A DNA stretch of 30,793 nucleotides from NCBI RefSeq assembly GCF_006345805.1, contig NW_021832466.1:1-30793 (forward strand). The letters run 5' to 3'. The notes under the pieces were generated by a model. The model made no database searches and was not told the origin of the DNA. It worked only from the letters and a program-made list of their open reading frames with translations. This document shows positions 1 to 10,964 of this stretch, one piece after another; the first letter of the stretch is position 1, and the number at the start of each line of letters is the position of its first letter. The stretch is from Octopus sinensis. Lineage: Eukaryota. The translations under genes were made by a program, and so were the position numbers.

Positions 1-123
1 GCATGCTTATATCTCTATGTGCGTCTATGTTTATTTAGTGTGTGTATGTGGGGGATGCCTGTAATATTTGTATCTTCTGTTTATATACGTTCATGTAATT
101 ATTACGTTCATATAATATATATA

Positions 124-161
<38 letters not shown>

Positions 162-518
162 TGTATGTATGTATGTTTGAAAGCTTTTGCAAAAAGTACT
201 TGATACAGACCGTCACAATATTAGAATTAAGATGTTTTAAAAAAACTATTTAAAATCTATTCTGCCTTCTTGTTTTTTTAACAGAATGTCGCTAACCTTT
301 GCGGAAGAAGTTTGTGACTCGTGATTATCTTATGTCTAGTGTGTATTTCATGTGTAAGCGCTTTTGTTGTTAAACTTTCCAAATACGTGTTTCGGACCCA
401 TGCGTATAGAGGAAGTCGTTTTTAGTAATGGCGTTGACTAGTTCCGGCTTAGTTTCGGATTTAGAACACTTACAAAGTATTGGATGTTTGCCTTTCGTAG
501 TTGATCAGTTCCATCTTT

Positions 519-951
519 GGATCTTTTCGGTTTGAACTGCAGTTTTTTCTAGCTGTGTCATATGAAATTGTCACCCATAATTATGACCCTAGTATTGATC
601 TATTGCATTTCAATCTGGTTTAGGGTTAGGGTTAGTTAGGGTTAGGGTTAGGGGTGGAGGGAATTGTATCTTTTTTTCTTCGCAAATGTAAATAAATCCA
701 ATCTGTTTCTTAAACCAGGGATATATTCATACGGCACAGAATGTTTTCACCTCAATAGACGTCATTGATTGGTTGAAATTGCAGAAATTGAAGAAAAAAA
801 TAACAAATATCTTACAAACCATAGAATTTTCTCAATAAAGCTAAGAGAAAAAGATGTTTTATAGACACATTCTACCAGTATACGAAGTTTAAAAGTGTTT
901 AGTTACGTGGAAATTATTTAAAAAAAACTGCCGTTCAAACAGAAAAGATCT
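519..951. mobile_element. Non-autonomous TIR element (MITE), 8-bp TSD, Merlin-like by its termini; carries TTAGGG repeats
   Basis: Left end GGATCTTTTCGGTTTGAACTGCAGTTTTTT versus reverse complement of right end AGATCTTTTCTGTTTGAACGGCAGTTTTTT (about 30-bp TIR). Perfect TSD CCATCTTT at 511-518 and 952-959. Superfamily inferred only from the GG start and 8-bp TSD. Confidence 0.85.
620..653 (+). repeat. Interstitial telomere-type (TTAGGG)n inside the MITE
   Basis: Five TTAGGG units plus one TTAG, followed by GTGGAGGG. Confidence 0.9.
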
Positions 952-1169
952 CCATCTTTCATTTTGTAAATATTTGAAGTTTCCTATTTGCACGCATGTC
1001 TGGATGCTACATGGAAAATGAATCGTTAATTTGTTCTTTATAGACGTTTGCAAGATTGATTAGTTTTGTTCCTGTTTCCTCAATGTACTTTTTGTTGCAT
1101 TCTGGGCAAGTGATGCAGCAGATGCCGTTTATTTCATAACCATCGGAGCGCAATTCGTGAGATGGTTGA

Positions 1170-2283
1170 GAGAGATCTGTGTCCGCATATGCCCACAACA
1201 TTACCACAGTGGTGTCGAAAAGTAAACTCATCGAAATGACCGGCACTGATGGCAGGGACTACGAGGCAGTTATTTCTTTATTGCCCACAAGGGGCTAAAC
1301 ATAGAGGAGACAGACAAGGACAGACAAACGGATTAAGTCGATTACATCGACCCCAGTACGTAACTGGTACTTAATTTATCGATCCCGAAAGGATGAAAAA
1401 TAAAGTCGACCTCGGCGGAATTTGAACTCAGAACGTAGCGGCAGACGAAATACCGCTAAGCATTTCGCCCGGCGCGCTAACGTTTCTGCCAGCTCGCCGC
1501 CTTACTACGAGGCAGTATCAGGTGAGAAAATTAACCAGGAAAACTCATTGGGCTTACGGCTCGCCACCTGGAGAAGCAAATCCATGCCGTCTAACTGCAT
1601 TGTTGGACACTGGACTGACGTTAGGCGCTGGACTAAAATACTTGTGGCTCTGGTTCGATCCGGATTTTCAGATGGACAAAAACTGGGACGAGCAGGGTGG
1701 CTACTTTCATTCAGAATTAGGCCGAGAGGATGCGATCCCTGAAAGCTCGGGCAGAGGCGGCTAATGCGTATATCGCGTCCGTCATCTACTATTGTTTGAT
1801 CGTCGTGCCTTGTCCTGGCCACCGTCTGATTACGTTGGAGCATAGACATGTGCAAATATGTGCTGAGGCTACATCTTCAGTTCTTCCTTGAGAGTGCACA
1901 AGTGTGGTCTCCGTTCGCCAGACATGTGTTTCGCCAGCTGGTCTTCTTGACGGAACTGCAGTCCTGGATCAAATAGAGACCACGAGGCATTTGGAAAGTG
2001 GAATGTCTTCAATTCCTCACAACCCTGTCAGTCGGACACTGTGATAGGTGGAAAGTCCATTTTGGCGTTCTACAGAGGATTAGTGGCGGGAAGTTGTGAT
2101 GATGTTCTTGGTGGGATGACCTTACATGTCGAACACGATCATTAGCCGCTCTCTTCGGGAGAACTTTTGGCCCAGGGCTGATGGGATAACTTCGAGAAAT
2201 CCAAGGTCTGGCAGTGCTACGGGGAAACTTTGCCTGTTGGAGATAAACTCCAGAGGCACGGAAGTACCGTCTATCGAGCATGC
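1170..2283 (+). pseudogene. L1/Tx1-clade LINE ORF2 fragment (RT core to start of the C-terminal zinc-finger region), degenerate
   Basis: After excising the SINE at 1271-1503, the frame reads VSAYAHNITTVVS...DYEAVSGEKINQENSLG. This is a decayed YADD at 1188-1199 plus the SGxKINxxKS motif. Further on: LKARAEAANAYIASVIYY and DNFEKSKVWQCYGETLPVGDKLQRHG, homologous to the copies at 19150 and 22068. Many frameshifts. Confidence 0.8.
1271..1503 (-). mobile_element. tRNA-derived SINE family A, full length, 13-bp TSD
   Basis: On the minus strand: A-box-like TGGCAGAAACGTTAG and B-box-like GAGTTCAAATTCC, core GTCGACTTTATTTTTCATCC (variant of the GCCTTTCATCC core in other copies), tail AGCCCCTTGTGGGCAATAAAGAAATA. 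Perfect TSD ACTACGAGGCAGT at 1258-1270 and 1504-1516. Confidence 0.9.
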
Positions 2284-2530
2284 TCGTCAATCGAGGATGG
2301 ACACACCATATCTGACCACTGCAATTGCCCAGATATTCATTGCGGTAATCAAATTTTTGGCATTAAGGTTGGATTTCAACACCATTTTCACACTTTTTTT
2401 ATTTGCCTTGCTGACCTTGACTTTCATATCTCTGTGCAGAATGTCATCCAGCTCCAAAATCCTTAAATATCTATTCTCACTACCATCGGTTTCACCCACG
2501 GTCTCTCCTGATGGTAACCGCAATCCTCTG
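2283..2530 (-). pseudogene. R4/Dong-clade LINE RT fragment
   Basis: GLRLPSGETVGETDGSENRYLRILELDDILHRDMKVKV...VLKSNLNAKNLITAMNIWAIAVVRYGVSILD matches the R4/Dong YKYLGILE...LKSxLNxxNxIxAINxxAVxVxxY segment. Confidence 0.75.
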
Positions 2531-2690
2531 CAGGCTGCTTTCTTATACACATATATGTATATACGACAGGCTTCTTTCAGTTTCCGTCTACCAAATCCAT
2601 TCACAGGCTTTGGTCGGGCCGAATCTATAGTAGCAAGTTGCCACGAGCGGGACTGAACCTGGAACAATGTGGTTAGTAAGCAAGCTACTT

Positions 2691-4738
2691 TTATTCATTA
2701 AATTTGCCTTGTAGGTAGCACATAGATAAGGTAGCTTTGCGGGCTGGACATAGTCATTGATGAGGCAAATGATTATGAATTAAAAATGATAAAGATCGGA
2801 AAAGACGGACAGCACCCGCCGACCCTCTGCTTCTCTAAAACATTGTTCTTTAAAAACATCATACACAGAGGTATTAACCCTCTTACAATTTAAAATACAA
2901 TATATTTGGACTAAAATTCCATACAATTATAAAACAGAATTTATACACAAATTGGATGCGATAAACTTCTACAATCCTTCCCTGAGTAATTTTCTTGCAA
3001 CTTGCAGGCATTTCTGCAACCGCAATCCTATTATTCTATAATTCTCGTTTTTACACTAGTCAATTATATGATTACAGTACTTTCTTTCCAGCACCAGAGC
3101 AGCCACCTACGAAGGCCACTGTGGGCTGTCAATAAAAGTTGGGTCCCTCAGGATCAGACTATTCATATCATTCTCCACGAAACTGTCAATAGCCCCTCCC
3201 CTGAGATAGAAGAACATATACTCTTAACCACGTTCACTGGGAGGGGCCTCAACTTCTTCACTCGGTGGCACACATCCCATTGACGAGGTTATCTTCCTCC
3301 CCCTCCGGTGGCACACATCCCACTGAAGGGGTTTCGGGACATTGCCCAGTTTTTCTTTTTTCTCTTCTTTTTTTCCTTTTACGACGGGAGAGTGGAGTTC
3401 CTCCGACATCTCCGGAGGACCCTCCTTCCCCCCGCCGTCTCAGGATCCATCGGTGGGCAACCATTGTTGTCCACCTTTTTTTCTCCCCCTTTTTTTTGAG
3501 GATGTTACCTCCTCCTCGACTTTTTCCTCCACTGGGGGAGCAAGGGGCACCTTTTCAATTAACTGTTCCTGGAGCCTTGCCTGGTCCCGGCGACAGTTCT
3601 TTATATGGCCCGATTTCAGGCACAGGTGACACTTGGTGGGACGTCCATCAACCATCACCGGGTACCTGGAACCGGCCATTGTTAAAAAATCTGGTAAAAC
3701 CAGATCATCGGCTGATTGTGTTCGTAGGGTTAAAATTGATTTTGACCCGACCCAATCAACGGCAGGCAACATTTTTACATTTAAGAGCCTGTCAGGGCCG
3801 CCACCCAGGGCCCCGACGGATAGTGACTTCTATCTACTCGGCCTCTATACCGGGTGGAAGCCCACACAGCCAGTCAACTTTCTACCGCCATAAGTAGGGA
3901 GAATCAAAATTTTCTCCCCCTCCAAAGACATGCTCGCAAAATCACGAGCTTCCACAGGGGTGTCAAAAAGTACACACAGTTCCATACTTCGCACCCCTGC
4001 AGATAAACCTAACAGTTGGCAGATAGTCTGCCAACTCCTCCTCAATTTCTTCCTCTGAGAAGACCTTGATGCTGTCAAGGGCCCTGGAATAGGTCCTTAC
4101 TATCACCGTTCTCTCCGTATAATTTTTCAACCATTCTTCGGGGACCACAATTTGCCACTCGAAAGTGGATTTCACGGTTGCCATGTTGATAGCCAAAACA
4201 AAAATAAAAATCCACAAACAAAAATCAAAATGTTCAAATGAAAGTCTATAAAGAAACTCAAAAAAGATCAGAAAGACAGACAGGAGAAGAAAGAGCGAAG
4301 GAAGATAATCCAAAACTGTAACACAACGCAACACGATTCTGCTACTCTGGTAATCCAAACTGGTAGTCCTTCGCAGCACAAATAGTATTCCGTCCAACCC
4401 TGGCTGTACTCCTATCCTTTATGGTAAAAATCCACTTGAAAGGGCACAAACACAGTCATAGAAATTTCCCAAAAATTTTCGGAGTAACACGCCTCCAGAA
4501 AACACAGACAATTCTGACTAAAATGTGAGTCTTTTAGTACGACCACTGGCAAACAAATGTCTGGAACCCAGTGGAAACTCTTGTTCGAAAAAATAATAAC
4601 CATACGGACAACAGACTTCACTAAACTCCCCACCCACAAAAAAAAAACAAATGCTTTACATCCGTGCTTCAAATGTTCAATTTTTCACGTACGACATGAC
4701 TTCCACCGCTACGAAAAACAACGCGACAACTTGGTAGC
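2691..4738 (-). mobile_element. ORF1-only (HAL1-like) non-autonomous retroelement, 2,048 bp, 15-bp TSD
   Basis: Perfect TSD GTAAGCAAGCTACTT at 2676-2690 and 4739-4753. About 550 bp of 5' UTR, a frameshifted ORF from ATG 4184, and an AT-rich 3' UTR ending in AATAA(A). No endonuclease or RT motif visible. Confidence 0.8.
3110..4184 (-). pseudogene. gag/ORF1-like nucleic-acid-binding protein with zinc knuckle (frameshifted)
   Basis: Joined ORF pieces: MATVKSTFEWQIVVPEEWL...RGAKYGTVC / FDTPVEARDFAS...LPTYGGRK / RYPVMVDGRPTKCHLCLKSGHIKNC (knuckle at 3593-3631), then a basic and acidic low-complexity tail (KKRGRKK, RKRKKRR). The 3' end is approximate. Confidence 0.65.
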
Positions 4739-5169
4739 GTAAGCAAGCTACTTACCACACAAACATTCTTATGAATTTTAAATATGTGTGAAGATTATTT
4801 TGAATTTTGAATTCTTGAAGTTGGAAGCAATTTATTGTATTTTGTATATTATCTCCAAAAGGAATATAAATTGTTGATCTATTTGCTCCGAGATAATAAA
4901 TTCTACGCCCGTTTCTTTGCAATGCTGCGAAAATGTCTGAAAGAGAACACGGATCTAGGGGGGGGGCATAACTGAATAAATAAACAGATACAAAATAAAA
5001 TACAAAAAAAAAAATTATACATTCCATTTTGTTTCGTTATAAAAGTTGTGCCAAAGTAAAAGAATATAATATGGCAGCGTAGTGTGTAAATTCCACAAAG
5101 GTTTAATCTTTGCGTAAAAAATAAATATAATGAAATGAAAATAACAATACGTAAATAAACGAGCAAAAT

Positions 5170-5180
5170 AATGATGATGT

Positions 5181-5231
<51 letters not shown>

Positions 5232-5305
5232 CGATGATGGTGATGATGATGATGAGGAGGAGGGCGACGACGACGACGATGATGATGATGATGACGATGA
5301 CGATA
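5170..5305. repeat. (GAT)n/(GAC)n microsatellite
   Basis: Direct reading. Confidence 0.95.
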
Positions 5306-5407
5306 ATTTTACTGATAAAATTGTTAGAATGTTAGGGCGGAGAAAATATCCAAGTAGGTATGAAAGAAATTGGAAGTGGAAGAAGGAAACGGTTTAAAAA
5401 CAACACA

Positions 5408-5990
<583 letters not shown>

Positions 5991-6084
5991 ATACTAAATG
6001 TACAATTATAAGCAACAATTAAAGTGATCATTAATTTTGCGCTTACAATAAAATAGTATTTCATTCCAATTAAATCCATAACTC

Positions 6085-7135
6085 TGATCTGATGACGTTT
6101 CACATAAACATTTCACTTATAGTTTCATATTGGTGTGACTCCATTTAACTGTTGTTTCAAATCTCTTTTAAATGATTCACCTACGGGATTTTTATCTCCT
6201 AAAGAGTCTGTATATAGTTCTTATTCATTGTAGATTCTTCTGCTCGATATGCTCTATGTAGGGCGCCACGTTATAATATGCCCTAGATCTAGTTTAATTA
6301 TTCGTTGGCAATTATTGTTGGTTTCTGGTCTGCTTTTCATTTCGTTACTATATTGACTTTAATTCATTGAATTTATTTCGATTAATTTTGAAAATAACGA
6401 AGAATTTACTAAAAGAACCTTGTCATAATTAAGTTGGTATTGTGATATAGATTACCTATTTTTTTACTACCCACAAGGGGCTAAACACAGAGAGGACAAC
6501 CAAGAACAGACATAGGTATTAAGTCGATTACATCGATCTCAGTGCGTAACTGGTACTTATTTAATCGACTCCGAAAGGATGAAAGGCAAAGTCAACCTCG
6601 GCGGAATTTGAACTCAGAACGTAGCATCAGACGAAATACATATTTCTTTTCTACCCACAAGGGGCTAAACACAGAGAGGACAAACAAGGACAGACAAACG
6701 GATTAAGTCGATTACATCTACCCCAGTGCGTAACTGGTACTTATTTAATCGGCTCCGAAAGGATGGAAGGCAAAGTCGACCTCGGCGGAATTTGAACACA
6801 GAACGTAACGGCAGACGAAATACGGCCACGCATTTCGCCCGGCGTGCTAACGTTTCTGCCAGCTCGCCGCCTTGTGGTCGACTTGATATTGCTATGAAAC
6901 AAATGGAAAAGAAATTATAGTAGTAGACGACGAAGACTATTTATCTGCTTACTCAAGCACCAGTGAAGTAATAGATTTAAATAACCTTGTATTGCATCGA
7001 AGATGTGAATAGAATTATAACAACGTTATTTGCTGAAATAAGCAATAATCAAGTACCGGATTTATTTAATCCAGTGGTATTCGACTGGGTTCCATATGGC
7101 CCCTTGAGACTCCATATAAGGTTTCGCTGTTAAAT
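6085..7135 (-). pseudogene. Highly decayed CR1/L2-like LINE RT relic, interrupted by a SINE A pair
   Basis: Minus-strand pieces GVSRAIWNP (GVPQGSxLGP-like), LF.ANNVVII (FADD-like), DAIQGYLNLLLHWC (LQxDLxxLxxW-like), then after the SINEs PYIEHIEQKNLQ and ESFKRDLKQQL. They fall in the expected order but with many stops. Confidence 0.45.
6458..6873 (-). mobile_element. Two head-to-tail SINE A copies (6458-6639 lacking the A-box end; 6641-6873 full length)
   Basis: Both are closely similar to 1271-1503. Confidence 0.9.
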
Positions 7136-7196
7136 AAACCTGCAATAAACTGGATATATTTCTACAATACACAAAATATTTAAATTATTGTTTCAT

Positions 7197-7862
7197 AGGC
7201 ACAGGAGTGGCTGTGATAAGTAGTTTGCTTACCAATCACATGGTTCTGTGTTCAGTCCCACTGCATGGCAGCTTGGGCAAGTGTCCTCTGTTATAGCCTC
7301 GGGCCGACCATAGCCTTGTGAGTGGATTTTGTTGGTGGAAACTTAAAGAAGCACATGTGTATGTGCGTGTGTTTGTGTGTGCGTGTGTTTGTCCCCCACC
7401 ATCGTTTGACAACCCATGTTGATGTGTTTGTCCTCGTAATTTGGATCTTTTCTAAAAGATGGACAGAATTTTCTACTTAACTAAATAATTTGAAACTTCG
7501 TATACTGGTAGAATGGTAGAATTGAGGTCAAAACAGAGAATACGATTGGTTAAAATTCGAAGAATTAAACTACGCAAAAGTTACAAAATACACTTTTCTC
7601 AAAAAACTAATTGAAATTAATATTTTCTTTTGACATATTCTACCAGTATACGAAGTTTCCAATTATTTAGTTAAGTAGAAAATTCTGTCCATCTTTTAGA
7701 AAAGATCCCGTAACTTTAGCGGTTCGGCAAAAGTGACCGATAATATAAGTACTAGGCTCACAAAGAATAAGTTCTGGGGATCGATTCGTTCGACTAAAGG
7801 CGGTGCGCTCCAGCATGGCCGCAGTCAAATGACTGAAACATAAAATAAAAAAATAAAAAGAA
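7197..7862 (+). mobile_element. SINE B copy interrupted by a MITE
   Basis: Head AGGCACAGGAGTGGCTGTG, internal (TG)n, and tail GGCGGTGCGCTCCAGCATGGCCGCAGTCAAATGACTGAAAC; colinear with 7981-8395. Confidence 0.9.
7443..7708. mobile_element. 266-bp MITE with 72-bp TIRs and an 8-bp TSD
   Basis: 7443-7514 is the reverse complement of 7637-7708 at 71/72 positions. Flanks are CGTAATTT and CGTAACTT (1 mismatch). Termini GGATCTTTTC are shared with the 519-951 element. Confidence 0.92.
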
Positions 7863-7980
7863 ATACAGTTCCTAATAACATTAGATTAGACATCGAATGA
7901 CTATGGGGTCCCCTTCCTCAGAATAAAACAGGAACCAATAAGCAAATAAAGAAGAAAAAAATTTGTTGAGAATAAGTTAT

Positions 7981-8395
7981 AGGCGCAGGAGTGGCTGTGT
8001 GGTAAGTAGCTTGCTAACCAACCGCATGGTTCCGGGTTCAGTCCCACTGCGTGGCATCTTGGGCAAGTGTCTTCTGCTATAGCCCCGGGCCGACCAAAGC
8101 CTTGTGAGTGGATTTGGTAGACGGAAACTGAAAGAAGCTTGTCGTATATATGTATATATATATAAGTGTGTGTGTGTGTGTTTGTGTGTCTGTGTTTGTA
8201 CCCCTAGCATTGCTTGACAACCGATGCTGGTGTGTTTAGGTCCCCGTCACTTAGCGGTTCGGCAAAAGAGACCGATAGAATAAGTATTGGGCTTACAAAG
8301 AATAAGTCCCGGGGTCGATTTGCTCGACTAAAGGCGGTGCTCCAGCATGGCCGCAGTCAAATGACTGAAACAAGTAAAAGAGTAAAAGAGTAAGT
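7981..8395 (+). mobile_element. SINE B, full length (tRNA-like head, internal (TA)n(TG)n, RTE-type tail with GTAAAAGA repeats)
   Basis: A-box-like TGGCTGTGTGGTAAG and B-box-like GGTTCAGTCCC; the tail ends (GTAAAAGA)n. RTE origin of the tail is an inference. Confidence 0.88.
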
Positions 8396-8419
8396 GATTT
8401 AGAATCTGGTAATTCTTTC

Positions 8420-8620
8420 TTTCTAATTTTGGCACAGTACCTAGCAATTGTGAGGGTAGGAAGTAAGTCGATTACATCGATCCAGTGCTCAACTATTGAT
8501 TATTTTATCGATCACGAAAGGAAGAAAGGCAAAGTCGATCTCGACTAAAGTGGAACCCTGATCGTAAGGAGTAGGAAGAAACGCCACTAAGCACTTTGTC
8601 CGAAATGCAACAGATTCTGC
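8420..8620 (-). mobile_element. Degenerate SINE A' (family A head and core, different tail)
   Basis: Plus-strand AAGTCGATTACATCGATCCAGTG and GAAAGGCAAAGTCGA motifs; the tail resembles 10965-10995. Confidence 0.65.
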
Positions 8621-8919
8621 CATAGTGCAACTTTTATTTAGATTCCAATAATTCATTCTAGATATGAATGGAATTATAATAGGAGTCTTAGACTATTTTA
8701 GACGCAAGCTCATTTTGTTCGTTATAAGTACCAATTAAATTACTCGAGTCAGTTTAATATTCTTGTAATGTATCCTAAATGGAATAATAACTGGATTCTA
8801 AGATTATCTTGAATCTTACTCACTTTTTTTTTTAGTAAGTAGCAATTACAAACATGGGCATAATTTCTAACTCATATGAAACGTCTTAAAATAAGAATGG
8901 AATATTATTAAAAGACTTA

Positions 8920-8972
8920 AGACATCATCATCATCATCATCGTCGTCGTCGTCGTCGCCCTCATCGTCATCG

Positions 8973-9023
<51 letters not shown>

Positions 9024-9054
9024 ATCATCATCATCACCACCACCATTATCATCG

Positions 9055-9087
<33 letters not shown>

Positions 9088-9150
9088 ATATCATCATCAT
9101 CAATATCATCATCATCAATATCGTCATCATCATTATCATTATATTCATCA
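8920..9150. repeat. (CAT)n microsatellite
   Basis: Direct reading. Confidence 0.95.
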
Positions 9151-9371
9151 TGCTATTCACTTGAGAAAAAACAAAGAACATGATACACCCCTCCCCTCGA
9201 AACGATAACGATGTTGTATGTGTTTTTGCCCTTTGAAACTAAAGTGTTCATGTCGATATAAGAAAGTACACTCGGTTCCACTTGATTGGAAAACCATAAT
9301 AAATAATATGGCCGCTAATCTACAATACACTGGCTTACTTGTATTGTCTTCAATCTGATGCTCATCCAACC

Positions 9372-9433
<62 letters not shown>

Positions 9434-9480
9434 ATATATATATATATATTATATATATATGTGTGTGTGTGTGTGTATAT
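9372..9480. repeat. (AC)n-(AT)n-(GT)n compound microsatellite
   Basis: Direct reading. Confidence 0.95.
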
Positions 9481-9924
9481 ATCTGTACAATGCGAAAGTA
9501 ACATTTAATTGCTAGTATGCGTGGAAGCTACACGAGACATTGAATAGATATCGGTCCATTCTTGGAAATCCTTGCATGTATAGATAATATGCAATGTTAG
9601 GCTGAAGCAATAAAATATACTGTATTTATTACCGTAAATAATACAGCAAGAATGTTTAAAGCTATGAAGAAACGTTGGTATGTCTTGATGCGATACTGTT
9701 TACACACTGAAGCGAAGAGAACTGGTCCCGAGTTTGCAAATAAAATTTAATGTTACGTGTCTATTCGTTTTGTTATTTGGCCAAGTGGAGCTAAATGGCA
9801 TAAAATATCTCATTAAGTCCATGATTCAAACTTGAAGGTTTTTTGGCTTCTCTACTGGCACTCAGCGTTCGGCATCAAAAGCTATGCGTTCTTCGTTTTC
9901 TTATATTTACTTTTCCTTTCTTTT

Positions 9925-10006
9925 GTTCTCTCTCTCTCTCTCTCTCTCGCTGTCTCTATCATTTCTCTATCATCTCCATCGCTTTCTTTCTCGGAGATGT
10001 ACATAC

Positions 10007-10093
<87 letters not shown>

Positions 10094-10372
10094 TACATAT
10101 CTATATGTATGTATGTATGTATATCAAAGAAATAAATTGCGGAAGATATTCTAATACTACTATAGATGTCAAACAGATTAATTAGGTAATATTTGAGAGC
10201 AATATACTTACTGTTTTGTTGGCGTAAAATAGCCATACAAAAGTATCTTACAACCTTTCTATCCTACGCTCTACTTAGAGAATTATTCCTCAATCCAAAT
10301 TCATAAGTGTTTATCATAATCATATGTTATGATTTCCAAAGTGCGTGTAAGTACATGTTGATATACAGTATA

Positions 10373-10458
<86 letters not shown>

Positions 10459-10925
10459 CAACACACACACACACATACACACACAAACACATACACGTTT
10501 ACGAATCTGTTTTGCAAGATTCCTGATGTGAAATCGTTTGTCGAAACAGAGAGACGGTCATTTTTTTTTTTGCCATATGAAGACATGCACTATATATTCG
10601 TTCTTCACTCGTGTATTTTTGTTCTTGTTTTATGATATGTCCATTGTCTTGAAATCTTTTGCCACACGTCTGTGACCTCTTCAGTGACCCTTTCCATCCA
10701 CGTATATCTCCCTGCTCCACCTTGTCCAATACATAAATACATACATACATACATACATACATACATACATACATACTTGCATACATACATACATACATAC
10801 ATACATACATACATACATACATACATACATACATACATACATACATACTTGCATACATATATACATGCATGCATAAATATATACATACATGCATGAATAC
10901 ATATGTACATACATGCATAAATATA
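9925..10925. repeat. Cluster of (CT)n, (AT)n, (CA)n and (ACAT)n microsatellites
   Basis: Tracts at about 9925-10125, 10375-10497 and 10729-10925. Confidence 0.9.
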
Positions 10926-10964
10926 TACCTGGGGAGGTGTATATGTACATATTGGTTTCATAAT

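Larger units (their letters stand above)
300..1165 (-). mobile_element. Penelope-like retroelement 3' fragment (GIY-YIG endonuclease relic), interrupted by a MITE at 519-951
   Basis: ORF 1007-1246 contains GICCITCPECNKKYIEETGTKL, resembling the PLE GIY-YIG motif GVVYxIxCxxCxxxYIGET. Removing the MITE and one TSD copy gives, in another frame, IYKMKDGTDQLRKANIQYFVSVLNPKLSRN* (stop 438-440), resembling the RxxxExxFIxxLxPxLN C-terminal motif. Frameshifted and dead. Boundaries are approximate. Confidence 0.7.
2555..4762 (-). mobile_element. tRNA-derived SINE family B copy (2555-2690 plus 4739-4762), split by a 2-kb insertion
   Basis: Reverse complement of the SINE B head and body (compare 7981-8160), resuming after the insertion as GTAAGCAAGCTACTTACCACAC. 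Confidence 0.85.

Noticed and set aside
620-653. Chromosome end or telomere-healing site
   Set aside because: Only about five units, and enclosed by TIRs and a TSD.
2126-2656. 176-aa plus-strand ORF with a hydrophobic stretch
   Set aside because: A chimera of a Tx1 off-frame, the antisense of a Dong fragment and SINE B.
3265-3897. 210-aa plus-strand ORF
   Set aside because: Antisense shadow of the ORF1-like frame; no recognisable motif.
9619-9648. Short imperfect palindrome CTGTATTTATTACCGTAAATAATACAG
   Set aside because: AT-rich with internal mismatches; expected by chance.
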